This document shows positions 7,462-17,248 of a stretch of DNA of 44,858 nt, piece after piece (the first letter of the stretch is position 1; each line of letters begins with the position of its first letter). Source of the stretch: Candidatus Moraniibacteriota bacterium (lineage in GTDB: Bacteria > Patescibacteriota > Minisyncoccia > Moranbacterales > UBA9337); assembly GCA_036584565.1 (NCBI GenBank), contig JAZHDF010000082.1, positions 1-44,858 of the forward strand, given 5' to 3'. The translations under genes and the position numbers were made by a program. Below the pieces are notes generated by a model that was given only the letters and a program-made list of their open reading frames with translations, had not been told where the DNA came from and did not search any database.

Positions 7462-7601
7462 AAACCAAAAGGTAATACGAAACCACGGCCGTAAATAAAT
7501 ATTACTTTTTTATTTATTTCTTTTTTCTTATTTATTTGCATCTTTTTCGCAAGTCTTCACAAAAGTAATACGAGGCTACGGCCGTAAATAAACGTTACTT
7601 T
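7462..7601. repeat. Copy 2 of the ~130-bp direct repeat
   Basis: Same two 34-nt motifs (ACGGCCGT cores at 7485-7492 and 7577-7586), with one ~11-bp indel relative to copy 1. It overlaps the stop codon of ORF 7595-8026. Confidence 0.85.
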
Positions 7602-8026
7602 GGTTTGTGTTGGGCTTTTCTTTCCTTGATTGACCAAAATGTTATCAAGACAAGGCTGCTAACCAAAAACAAAGAACTCATCCAGATTGAAACTTGTTCT
7701 CTTTCTATAATAATTGGATTGAAACTGTGCATACCAACTGGAGTAGACAAAATAACGAACCAAGCAATGACTGCATAACCAATTGCGAACTTAATCCACT
7801 TATAAAAAATTTTGTCTTTAACCAAAAACAGAAAAGCTGAAATTACAGCTACTGAAATAAAAAAATAAACAAATGGCTCCCAAAGTGCATTTCTAAATTC
7901 TAAAAAAAAGCATTTATTGCTGTAATTTCCAGAAAAACAGAAATAATTATTATAAATAAATTCAAATATAATAATAAATATGCTCAATAACAAAAGCACA
8001 ATTCTTCCTCTATATTCTTTTTTCAT
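7595..8026 (-). CDS. Integral membrane protein, unknown function
   Basis: 143 aa with about four hydrophobic segments. Confidence 0.5.
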   Translation of the reverse strand: MKKEYRGRIVLLLLSIFIIIFEFIYNNYFCFSGNYSNKCFFLEFRNALWEPFVYFFISVAVISAFLFLVKDKIFYKWIKFAIGYAVIAWFVILSTPVGMHSFNPIIIEREQVSIWMSSLFLVSSLVLITFWSIKERKAQHKPK

Positions 8027-8051
8027 ATATTTGTTTTTTGCCGATTGTCGG

Positions 8052-11000
8052 CTAATTATTTATATTATTTTTTATAAATTCCAAGTCACTTACAATTATC
8101 TCTTTTATCATTGTAGCATAATTTTTCTTATCGGCCTCTATTTTTTTCTCGATTATTTCGAGATGTTTTATAATTCGCTCTTTGGTAGCGGCCAATTTTT
8201 GCGAGTTCTTATCTCCGTCAGCCTTAAGAAATTCAATCTCTCTCTCCGCCATTGCAAGATTATTGAGAATCATTTTCTTTTCCCCTTCGGACCTTATCAG
8301 GCCCAGATTATAAAAATGCTCGATGTTTTCTTTCAATATCCCAATATCCGTGATTATTTCAAATTCTTCTTCCGAATTTGATTTATTTTCCGCCTCATCT
8401 TTTGCTTGGATAATTAGCTTGTGATGGCCGGTCTCAAGCAAAGAAAGATCGATTTCTCTTTCCTCGATTTCTCCGCCATCCAAAAATACTTTGGTCTCAA
8501 TCTTATCCTGTACGCTCCTGTCATCGGAAACTTCATAGACAATTTCCAATAGCTCATCTTTTTGATAGAATTTATCTTTGGGAGAGATTATTTTTATCCG
8601 AGGCGGAGTTATATCCGGCATGGTCACTTCCCCGTTCAAAACCGGCTCCAAAAAATAATCCTCATCCCCATCCCCGTCATAATCAGCCTCCAAGCCGGAG
8701 AGTTCTTCCAAACCATTGGCCGAAACGGTCACTTTAACTCGAGTCTCCTCCGAGGCGGGCAAGTTTTTGAAAGTAATGTGATTCACGACTTCTTCTCCTG
8801 TTTCGGTCTCTCTAAGTTCCTCAAATTTAAGGGTATAAGGGCCCTTGGCGTAGCCTTCCAGCTCTATCTCAATATCTTCGCCTGTTCTAAATCCGGCATA
8901 TTTGCGCTCCCCCAATTGCAGATAATAACTGTTGGGAATTTTTTCTTCTAATATTTTTTGCGGTCCTTCCTCGGTCTCAATTTCCTTGTAGCCGGTATGC
9001 TTGCCGTTTAAATCATAAAGGTGAATATCCAGCGGAGAGTACAAAGACATTCTGATTTCGGATTTCATATCTTCAAAATCATCCGGCTTTCCGTTACTGA
9101 TGTATTCCGGCAGATCGGCTTCTTTGTCTTGAATTTTATTTTTTATGAAATCTCTGACATTGCCAGCTTCTAAAATATTTGCATGTTCAATATTTAACTT
9201 ACTCCTCATAATATCAAACCAATATTTCTCCACATTATCCGCCTGGCTCATCATCAATCCACTGGGAGTGGTCACCACTTCGTCTCCGTCGGAAGTGAAT
9301 TTCGGCTCCGCAATCAAAGTGTACTTCCCCTCCTCCTCGGCGCAAACCGGCAAAGCCGATAATTCCCTCTCCAGACAGGTGGCATTTTTCTTTTCGGTAT
9401 ATTTAATCCCGCTCACCGTCGGCAAACCCCAACCCGCCAATTGAATCACTTCGACATCGGCGGGCGGAGTCCAGCTGTTCAAATTTTTGTGGGTATCGAT
9501 AGCTTGATTTAAAAGTTTTTGGTTTAAAATATTTTCCAATTCCACCTCGTCGCTCTCCGGCTTGGCTCGATGATCTTTTTCGGCCAAGAGGAATTCTCTG
9601 AACTCGGAAAAATTATCTATTTTTTCTCCATAAGCTTCTCTAAACATAATTCCTCTTTCCGCATTCTCCGCGGAAAAATCAATCAAAGGCTCTTGCGCTC
9701 GACTAAAATATTCTTCATCGGGCAAAAGTCCGTAAGCCCCGGGCATATTTTCAATCAAATCGCGCGCTTCGGACTGAGACAAAAGAGTCGGCAAACTCTC
9801 CTCATAGCCATAGAGAAAAGAAAGGGTGGTCAGCGGAGTCCCCATCTGGGGCGTACTGACAAAAATAATTTTATCCACTTTATCCGCCAAATTCAATCTT
9901 TGCAATTCCAGCATTGTCGCTTTGGCCACCAGTCCGCCATTGGAATGCGCCACAATAGTAACTTTTTTGCTTTTGGAATTTTGGGCCAAGGTATCGATTT
10001 CCGAAACAATCGATTTGATTTGTTCGCCCTCGTAAGGGGTTCCGTTTTGGGCGATATCCTCGACATTTTGTCTCCAATCATAAGCAAAAGCTCGGTAATT
10101 ATTGATAGCGCCGGCGGTCTTCAATTCTTCCAAGTCGGTCAAAAAACTTTCATAAAGATTGCCCATCACCGTGCTTCGCAAAACCCCGTCTTTTCTGGCA
10201 AAAACTTTTTGGATACTCTCACCGTCGCTATCGAGTCGCAAATCCTCAATATCATCCCCCCACCAATTGGGTACCCACAATTCATCCAAATCCTTATCCG
10301 TCTCGGAATCGTACTTGTACAACCGACTGGCCTTTATCCCCGGCAAAAACAAAACATTGGAATGACAATTTTCTTGGCAAACAGTCTCTTCTTCCACGGG
10401 ACTTTTTTGTAACCACGGATCAAACAACACTCCGTCATTTACACAATTTCCTTTACCCTCGAGATTGTCTATATTAACATAACCGTAAAACCCTCTTTTA
10501 TAATAAGGGCCCGAGACATCGCCCCACCAATTATCTCGCGCATCCAACTGATCCAGCGAAACAGGAATACCAAATATTAAAGCTCCGCATTCTGCATTGT
10601 TCGCAATAAAATTATTTCTTACAACCGATTTTTTATTACCTCCCGAAGAAATTCCTGTTTTATTATTGGAAATAATATTATTTTCTATCGTAGATGATGC
10701 ATTATAGATAAAAATACCAAAATAACCGCTGTATTTTATTTCTGAATTACGAATAGAAACATTATCTGTTCCAATTATCGCAATCTCTCCCCAAACAATT
10801 CTTGACCTAACGCCATACGAAACCGTTGCATATTCAATAATTCCCTTGGATCCCGGAGTAAAATGAATCGAATCCCAATCCCCCGATTTCGGATCGGTGA
10901 TATCTCCGTCTCCGTTTGTATCTCCGCCAAAAGAATCGTCTCTTATAGAAGTAAATATTATGCGCTCATTTTCATTGCCGATTGCAATCAATTCACTATT

Positions 11001-11252
11001 TATTTCCAATTTAGCCCGACTGTAATATGTGTAATCAAACTTTACAACCACTCCCGGTTCAATAGTCAGCGGAGCATCCACTTTGATTCCAGATGATTTG
11101 ATTAGATACGGACTCCCCTCTTTGGTCCAAACGGTCTCGGTCGTAATATCGGATTTCACCTCCGTTGGTCCGGCCGCCCGGACGGCTTGAGCAATAAAAA
11201 AAGAAAGCCCCAAGCCTCCGCAAAAAAACAATATTTTTTGAAACTTCTGCAT
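8052..11252 (-). CDS. Secreted multidomain protein: signal peptide, parallel beta-helix repeats, LCAT/PGAP1-like alpha/beta hydrolase, C-terminal Ig-like/coiled-coil region
   Basis: Signal peptide MQKFQKILFFCGGLGLSFFIAQAVRAAG. Beta-helix repeat pattern (NNIISNNKTGISSGG, VRNNFIANN). Nucleophile elbow VTIVAHSNGGLV, preceded by an LCAT-like YDWRQ motif. Confidence 0.6.
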   Translation of the reverse strand: MQKFQKILFFCGGLGLSFFIAQAVRAAGPTEVKSDITTETVWTKEGSPYLIKSSGIKVDAPLTIEPGVVVKFDYTYYSRAKLEINSELIAIGNENERIIFTSIRDDSFGGDTNGDGDITDPKSGDWDSIHFTPGSKGIIEYATVSYGVRSRIVWGEIAIIGTDNVSIRNSEIKYSGYFGIFIYNASSTIENNIISNNKTGISSGGNKKSVVRNNFIANNAECGALIFGIPVSLDQLDARDNWWGDVSGPYYKRGFYGYVNIDNLEGKGNCVNDGVLFDPWLQKSPVEEETVCQENCHSNVLFLPGIKASRLYKYDSETDKDLDELWVPNWWGDDIEDLRLDSDGESIQKVFARKDGVLRSTVMGNLYESFLTDLEELKTAGAINNYRAFAYDWRQNVEDIAQNGTPYEGEQIKSIVSEIDTLAQNSKSKKVTIVAHSNGGLVAKATMLELQRLNLADKVDKIIFVSTPQMGTPLTTLSFLYGYEESLPTLLSQSEARDLIENMPGAYGLLPDEEYFSRAQEPLIDFSAENAERGIMFREAYGEKIDNFSEFREFLLAEKDHRAKPESDEVELENILNQKLLNQAIDTHKNLNSWTPPADVEVIQLAGWGLPTVSGIKYTEKKNATCLERELSALPVCAEEEGKYTLIAEPKFTSDGDEVVTTPSGLMMSQADNVEKYWFDIMRSKLNIEHANILEAGNVRDFIKNKIQDKEADLPEYISNGKPDDFEDMKSEIRMSLYSPLDIHLYDLNGKHTGYKEIETEEGPQKILEEKIPNSYYLQLGERKYAGFRTGEDIEIELEGYAKGPYTLKFEELRETETGEEVVNHITFKNLPASEETRVKVTVSANGLEELSGLEADYDGDGDEDYFLEPVLNGEVTMPDITPPRIKIISPKDKFYQKDELLEIVYEVSDDRSVQDKIETKVFLDGGEIEEREIDLSLLETGHHKLIIQAKDEAENKSNSEEEFEIITDIGILKENIEHFYNLGLIRSEGEKKMILNNLAMAEREIEFLKADGDKNSQKLAATKERIIKHLEIIEKKIEADKKNYATMIKEIIVSDLEFIKNNINN

Positions 11253-11360
11253 AATTTCAGTCTCGGATCCTCCTGTTCCTTGTTTTAATTTGTTAAATTT
11301 TTATTTATTTTACTCTCTGGCCGAAAAAAGACAAGAGGTGACGAAACACCGATAAATTTT

Positions 11361-11484
11361 ATTGCAATGACAAACTAAGCGTGTCATCTTAAGCAGCGAG
11401 ATTGCCGCGTCGGAGTACCTCCTCGCAAAGACAAACGGCTTGGTATTTTTTCGATGACGGTTGACCAATGACTCGATGACAAAC
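11361..11484 (-). repeat. GTTTGTCAT-headed modular repeat cluster, copy 1 (modules A and B)
   Basis: On the minus strand it reads GTTTGTCATCGAGTCATTGGTCAACCGTCATCGAAAAAATACCAAG (B) followed by TTGTCTTTGCGAGGAGGTACTCCGACGCGGCAATCTCGC (A). Related clusters lie at 12435, 13645 and 22885. Confidence 0.85.
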
Positions 11485-11501
11485 ATTTTCCGATTACCAA
11501 T

Positions 11502-12278
11502 CTAAATCTCCTCCGCCACCTTGGCAATCAATTTCCGATAGGCCCAAATGCTAAAAACAAGAAAAACGAAAACAATGGTGATAAAAATGCTGTATTGATG
11601 CCAATCGGCAAAATGATTGTTGATCATCGATTCCTTGGTAAAATGCACGATAAAAGCAATCGGATTGAGAAGAATAATTTTATGATATTCGGCCGGCAAA
11701 GTGGCCAAAGGATAAATAACCGGAGAAGCGTATAACAATATCATTGTAATTACATCCCAAATCATCGCCAAATCCCTGAATTTTACATAAAGCGGAGCGG
11801 CTATCAGAGAAAAGGAAAGCACAATAACATAAATAAAAATTGAAAAGAGCAAAAAAAGAAAAATCGAAGGCAAGCTCGGCATAAAGCCTTTATAGACAAA
11901 AAGTCCCACTATTACCACCAAATTCATCAAAAAAATCATCGTGGCATTGATAGTGGAAGCCAGGATAATCGTCCAGCGGGGCACATAAATCTTGGTCACT
12001 AGTTGAGCTTTGCTAAGCAAAGAAGCCATTCCGGCGCTCGTCCCTTCGGCAAAAAAATAATACATCATCAAGCCCACGATCAATTGCAGTGAATAAGTGT
12101 TTGCCCCTGTTCCGCGCGGATTGAAAATCGAAGAAAAGACAAAATTTAAAATGGCAAAAGTCAAAAGCGGTTTAAGGAGCGCCCACAAATAACCCAGCAC
12201 ACTCCCATGATAGCGCAATTTAAAATCGGTTTTGGCTAACATCCAAATCAATTCTTTGTAATTTTCGTGTTTTTTCAT
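11502..12278 (-). CDS. ABC-2 type polysaccharide export permease (Wzm/TagG-like)
   Basis: N-terminus LIWMLAKTDFKLRYHGSVLGYLWALLKPLL followed by six hydrophobic segments. The ATG at 12278 is preferred over the track start at 12386. Confidence 0.85.
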   Translation of the reverse strand: MKKHENYKELIWMLAKTDFKLRYHGSVLGYLWALLKPLLTFAILNFVFSSIFNPRGTGANTYSLQLIVGLMMYYFFAEGTSAGMASLLSKAQLVTKIYVPRWTIILASTINATMIFLMNLVVIVGLFVYKGFMPSLPSIFLFLLFSIFIYVIVLSFSLIAAPLYVKFRDLAMIWDVITMILLYASPVIYPLATLPAEYHKIILLNPIAFIVHFTKESMINNHFADWHQYSIFITIVFVFLVFSIWAYRKLIAKVAEEI

Positions 12279-12434
12279 AATATCAAAAATAAAATAGATT
12301 GTCTCTATGATTAATTTCCACCTTCCAAACTTGGGCTCTAAGAGCCTAATTTTTTTACCGGGGTACTCAAAAATTATAATATTCAATCATCAATATTTAA
12401 TATACATCCAATGATAAAATAATCAAATTTAATA

Positions 12435-12770
12435 ATTGCCCGTCGGTCTCGGACGAGATTGCCGCGTCGGATTACCTCCTCGCAAAGACAAGCAGATTGG
12501 TATTTTTTCAATGACGGTTGACCAATGACTCGATGACAAACTGCACTTGTCATCCAGGAACCATATGTGTCATCTCGACCTTGTGGAGAGATCTTTATTT
12601 TAAAAAATTCTTCTCTCTTAACTACTGATTACAAGTTGCTAATTATCTATTATTATTGACCGATGACTCGATGACAAAATCTCTTTTTCTGCTTTTAAAT
12701 TATTAATTCTTAATTTTTAATTCTTTAATCCCCAATTACCAATTACCGGTTACTGATTACCTATCACTTC
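12435..12770 (-). repeat. Modular repeat cluster, copy 2 (modules A, B, inverted C, partial B, then ATTCTTAAT and ATTACC word tracts)
   Basis: Module A at 12454-12494, B at 12497-12541, C in opposite orientation at 12568-12588 (TGTCATCTCGACCTTGTGGAG), and partial B at 12654-12680. Confidence 0.8.
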
Positions 12771-12821
12771 TTCCCCCTCATTATGCCACACTAAAATATT
12801 TTTCACAATCCGGAAATTTTT

Positions 12822-12863
12822 CCAAAAACAAAAGCGGGCGGGTCTCTGTTGAGACCGGCCCGC
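12822..12863 (-). terminator. Rho-independent terminator of ORF 12883-13374
   Basis: GC-rich stem of 6+6 bp (12834-12863) followed on the minus strand by TTTTGTTTTTGG. Confidence 0.7.
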
Positions 12864-12882
12864 CGGCTTGGCGAAAAAAGAA

Positions 12883-13374
12883 TTAACCCTTCTCATTGAT
12901 CCGAAGAGTCAAAGAAGAAATTTCTCCTCCTCCGCTCTCTCCACCCGACTTTCCGACGAAGATCATTTTGATACTCTTGCCCCCATAACGCAAGTTGGGA
13001 TAAGGAGAGTTCTTAGTCAGCTTCTCCACTCCGTCAGTGATTAAAGGGTGGAGATATCCTTCTACGCTAAAGGGAAAAGGAGCGCTATGGGGTGACTCTG
13101 TCCCGTCCGCAAAGGTTGCAGTCAGGGTGAAATTCTGGACCGGTTTAAAGTCCGAAAAAATCACCAGATCGCAATCACTTTGAGTTAAGCTTGCACCGAC
13201 AAAATCGGCAATTGCCACTCCCTCCCGATAGAGCCGAAACCCGGAAACCACCAATCCGTCAGAAGGAGTATAAGCACTCCACTCCACATGGATGGATTTC
13301 ACCGTGGAGGCCGAGACAAGCCCCGAAAATCCGAGAAAAAGACCTAAAATCATAATAACTTTAATTTTTTTCAT
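12883..13374 (-). CDS. Secreted protein, unknown function (possibly an FN3/Ig-like fold)
   Basis: 163 aa with an N-terminal signal peptide MKKIKVIMILGLFLGFSGLVSAS. It is flanked on both sides by ~0.5-kb repeat-filled gaps. Confidence 0.5.
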   Translation of the reverse strand: MKKIKVIMILGLFLGFSGLVSASTVKSIHVEWSAYTPSDGLVVSGFRLYREGVAIADFVGASLTQSDCDLVIFSDFKPVQNFTLTATFADGTESPHSAPFPFSVEGYLHPLITDGVEKLTKNSPYPNLRYGGKSIKMIFVGKSGGESGGGEISSLTLRINEKG

Positions 13375-13644
13375 GGCACCCTCCTTTGGGTCTCTTATTT
13401 GATAAAAAAACTTGACTAACTTTTAATTATATCACGAAATTGATACTTTGTAAATACCCAGTCCCCCTCCCGCTCACTTCGCCTTTTTTAAGGTACCACT
13501 CAAATTTTTTATTTTTTCTTTTTATTTTTTGTTTTAAAAAAGATGAAATAAAACCAAGTTTATTATAGCATAAAAAATTTCCCAAAAACAAGAAAAAAGA
13601 AAATTGCGGCATTAAAATAAACCTAAGCAATTCTGCTTTATTAT

Positions 13645-13817
13645 GACGAGATTGCCACGTCGGGTTACCTCCTCGCAATGACAAGTAACTTGGCATTTTT
13701 TTCGATGACAGTTGACGGATGACTCGATTACAAACTGCACGTGTCCCAAAGACAGAGATTTCTGTGCCACCGCTAAAGCTAAGGCGACACGCAGTCCACA
13801 AGGTCGAAATGACAAAC
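13645..13817 (-). repeat. Modular repeat cluster, copy 3 (modules A, B, C)
   Basis: Module A at 13645-13686, B at 13689-13735, and C (CCACAAGGTCGAAATGACAAAC) at 13796-13817. Track ORFs 13427-13801 and 13612-13815 are translations of these repeats. Confidence 0.8.
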
Positions 13818-13883
13818 GAGAGCTGATTTTTAAATTTTAAGATTGAAAATTTATTTGAAATTTGAAATTGGTAATTTGAAATT

Positions 13884-13916
13884 AAAAAAAGCGAAGTATT
13901 TCACCTCGCTTTTTTT
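13884..13916 (-). terminator. dnaK terminator (bidirectional hairpin)
   Basis: AAAAAAAGCGAAGT-atttc-ACCTCGCTTTTTTT, 13 nt downstream of the dnaK stop. Confidence 0.7.
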
Positions 13917-13928
13917 ATGGACTCTGAT

Positions 13929-15857
<1,929 letters not shown>

Positions 15858-15941
15858 ATTTTTTGAGCTTTTAGCTAATTAGCTTTTCAGTTAATTAGTC
15901 AAAACTTTTTATTAATTATTTTTAAAAAAATTAAACAACTA

Positions 15942-15970
15942 TTGACATTTTTCTCTATTTCCCCTACTAT
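15942..15970 (+). promoter_or_regulatory. Plus-strand consensus promoter TTGACA-N17-TACTAT
   Basis: TTGACA at 15942-15947 and TACTAT at 15965-15970. It points into the GC-rich structured segment. Confidence 0.45.
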
Positions 15971-15975
15971 TCAAT

Positions 15976-16183
15976 CAATAAGCGGTCGGCAACGGAGAGG
16001 AAATACAGCAGTCCTCCCTTACTGCACTCTCTGCCTCCGACAACAACCCTCCCCTGCGCCGACCGCTTGCCCCAGCTCTTTTTGAGAACCCCCCCAGATA
16101 AAACTTGTTTGTTCCGTAAACGGGACACCCTATCAATTACGATAAATAAAAAAACAAGAAATCTGCGCGGGGGTTTTTACTTT
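15976..16183 (+). ncRNA. Candidate structured RNA of unknown class (two-domain, about 200 nt)
   Basis: A local GC spike in an AT-rich genome. An 11-12 bp closing stem (AAGCGGTCGGC 15980-15990 with GCCGACCGCTT 16058-16068) encloses nested helices GGAGAG/CTCTCT and GCAGT/ACTGC. A second long-range stem (CCCCC-CAGAT 16090-16099 with ATCTG-cgc-GGGGG 16161-16173) is followed by TTTTT. No ORF is present. Orientation is inferred from the promoter and U-tract. Confidence 0.4.
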
Positions 16184-16194
16184 GCTTTTTTTCT

Positions 16195-17115
16195 TTATTC
16201 CACTGTTACTCGCATCGGCCTGATCACTTTTTCCCCTATTTTATAACCTTTTAAAATAACTTTCTTGATCTTGTTTTTGTACTTTTCCTTTTTCTCGCAC
16301 TCGCCCTTGCTACAACAATTATCCAGCACCGCTTCGCAAAACTTAGTATCAAAATTATCTCCGACTTTTAGATCTATTTCTTCTGCCCCGTTTTCCCTAA
16401 GGACATCTTCCAACTGCTTTTGAATATACATGATTCCCTGCACCCATCCCCCATCTTTTTGATCCTCGGGAATATGCGCTGTGGAAACCTGAAAATTATC
16501 GATGACCGGGATAATTTGCAGAATAAAACTTTCAGCGGCATAACGAATTCTATCTTTTTGACTTTCGGCTTGCATCTTTTTATAATTTTCAAATTCCGCC
16601 AAACTTCTTTTCCAACCCTCCAGAGCCGTTTCTTTTTCCAAATATTTCTTGGCCTCTTTTAAGGTTTCCATCTTTTCTTCTTCAAATCCGTCCCCCGTAT
16701 TCAACTTTTCAATCGCTTCATCAAAACTCAACCATTCATAATCACTATGCTCGCGAGGATTTAATTTAACTTCCACTTCATTACAATAAACAATATAGCG
16801 CAATCCTCTGAATTTACTAACTTTTCCATTTTCGTTTTCAAACTCTGCAAATCTTATTAAATCACCAATACTTATATCCACCAATCCAGTTTCTTCTTTG
16901 ATTTCTCTTTTTAATGTATCCACCACACTTTCCCCTTCTTCAAGCCACCCGCCTGGTAAGTCGTATTTTTTAGCATTTTTTATCCCCTCATCTGCCCGCC
17001 TGAGCAATAAAACCTTTCTTTCCTTATTAAAAACAGCTGCTTTAATAGTAAGTTGGGTATTACAACCTTTTTCTACTTCCATCGTTATTTCTTCTTTTTT
17101 ATTTTCTTTTTGCAT
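16195..17115 (-). CDS. grpE: Nudix hydrolase domain fused to nucleotide exchange factor GrpE
   Basis: A perfect Nudix box GGWLEEGESVVDTLKREIKEETGL lies in the N-terminal ~150 aa. The C-terminal half has GrpE motifs WKRSLAEFENYKK, IIPVIDNFQ, VGDNFDTKFCEAV and KGYKIGEKVIRPMRVTV. It is one uninterrupted 306-aa ORF. Confidence 0.85.
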   Translation of the reverse strand: MQKENKKEEITMEVEKGCNTQLTIKAAVFNKERKVLLLRRADEGIKNAKKYDLPGGWLEEGESVVDTLKREIKEETGLVDISIGDLIRFAEFENENGKVSKFRGLRYIVYCNEVEVKLNPREHSDYEWLSFDEAIEKLNTGDGFEEEKMETLKEAKKYLEKETALEGWKRSLAEFENYKKMQAESQKDRIRYAAESFILQIIPVIDNFQVSTAHIPEDQKDGGWVQGIMYIQKQLEDVLRENGAEEIDLKVGDNFDTKFCEAVLDNCCSKGECEKKEKYKNKIKKVILKGYKIGEKVIRPMRVTVE

Positions 17116-17248
17116 AATATTATTCTTAAATTTTGAATTTAGAATTTTGAATTTCGATTCAATATTTTAATTTTATAATTCTGAAATTAACACGTTTGAA
17201 ATTTATTTAAAATTTGAAATTCAAAATTTGAAATTATTAAACATCTGC

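Noticed and set aside
6685-7601. Possible CRISPR array, because a 34-nt motif recurs four times
   Set aside because: There are only two pairs, with unequal spacing. The 'spacers' are themselves duplicated, or are a whole gene. No cas genes are present. It is better explained as duplicated operator-bearing DNA.
9570-10412. 280-aa plus-strand ORF (and neighbours 8562-8951, 9145-9444) inside the 1066-aa hydrolase gene
   Set aside because: It is antisense to a well-supported long CDS, has low-complexity composition and no motifs. It is a typical shadow ORF.
13427-13815. ORFs 13427-13801 and 13612-13815 (and likewise 22789-22992 and 22817-23092)
   Set aside because: They are translations of the GTTTGTCAT modular repeats, giving peptides such as SLRGGTPTWQSR and MSFRP. 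They have no start context, and the same peptides recur wherever the repeat recurs.
15873-15884. AGCTAATTAGCT palindrome upstream of dnaK as a second HrcA or other operator
   Set aside because: It is short, AT-rich and unlike CIRCE. Such 12-mers are expected by chance in this composition.
15980-16068. Identifying the GC-rich hairpin domain as SRP (4.5S) RNA, tRNA or tmRNA
   Set aside because: There is no GNAR-capped helix-8-like motif (GGAA...AGCAGC arrangement), no cloverleaf and no T-loop GTTCGAATC in either orientation. It is kept only as an unclassified RNA candidate.
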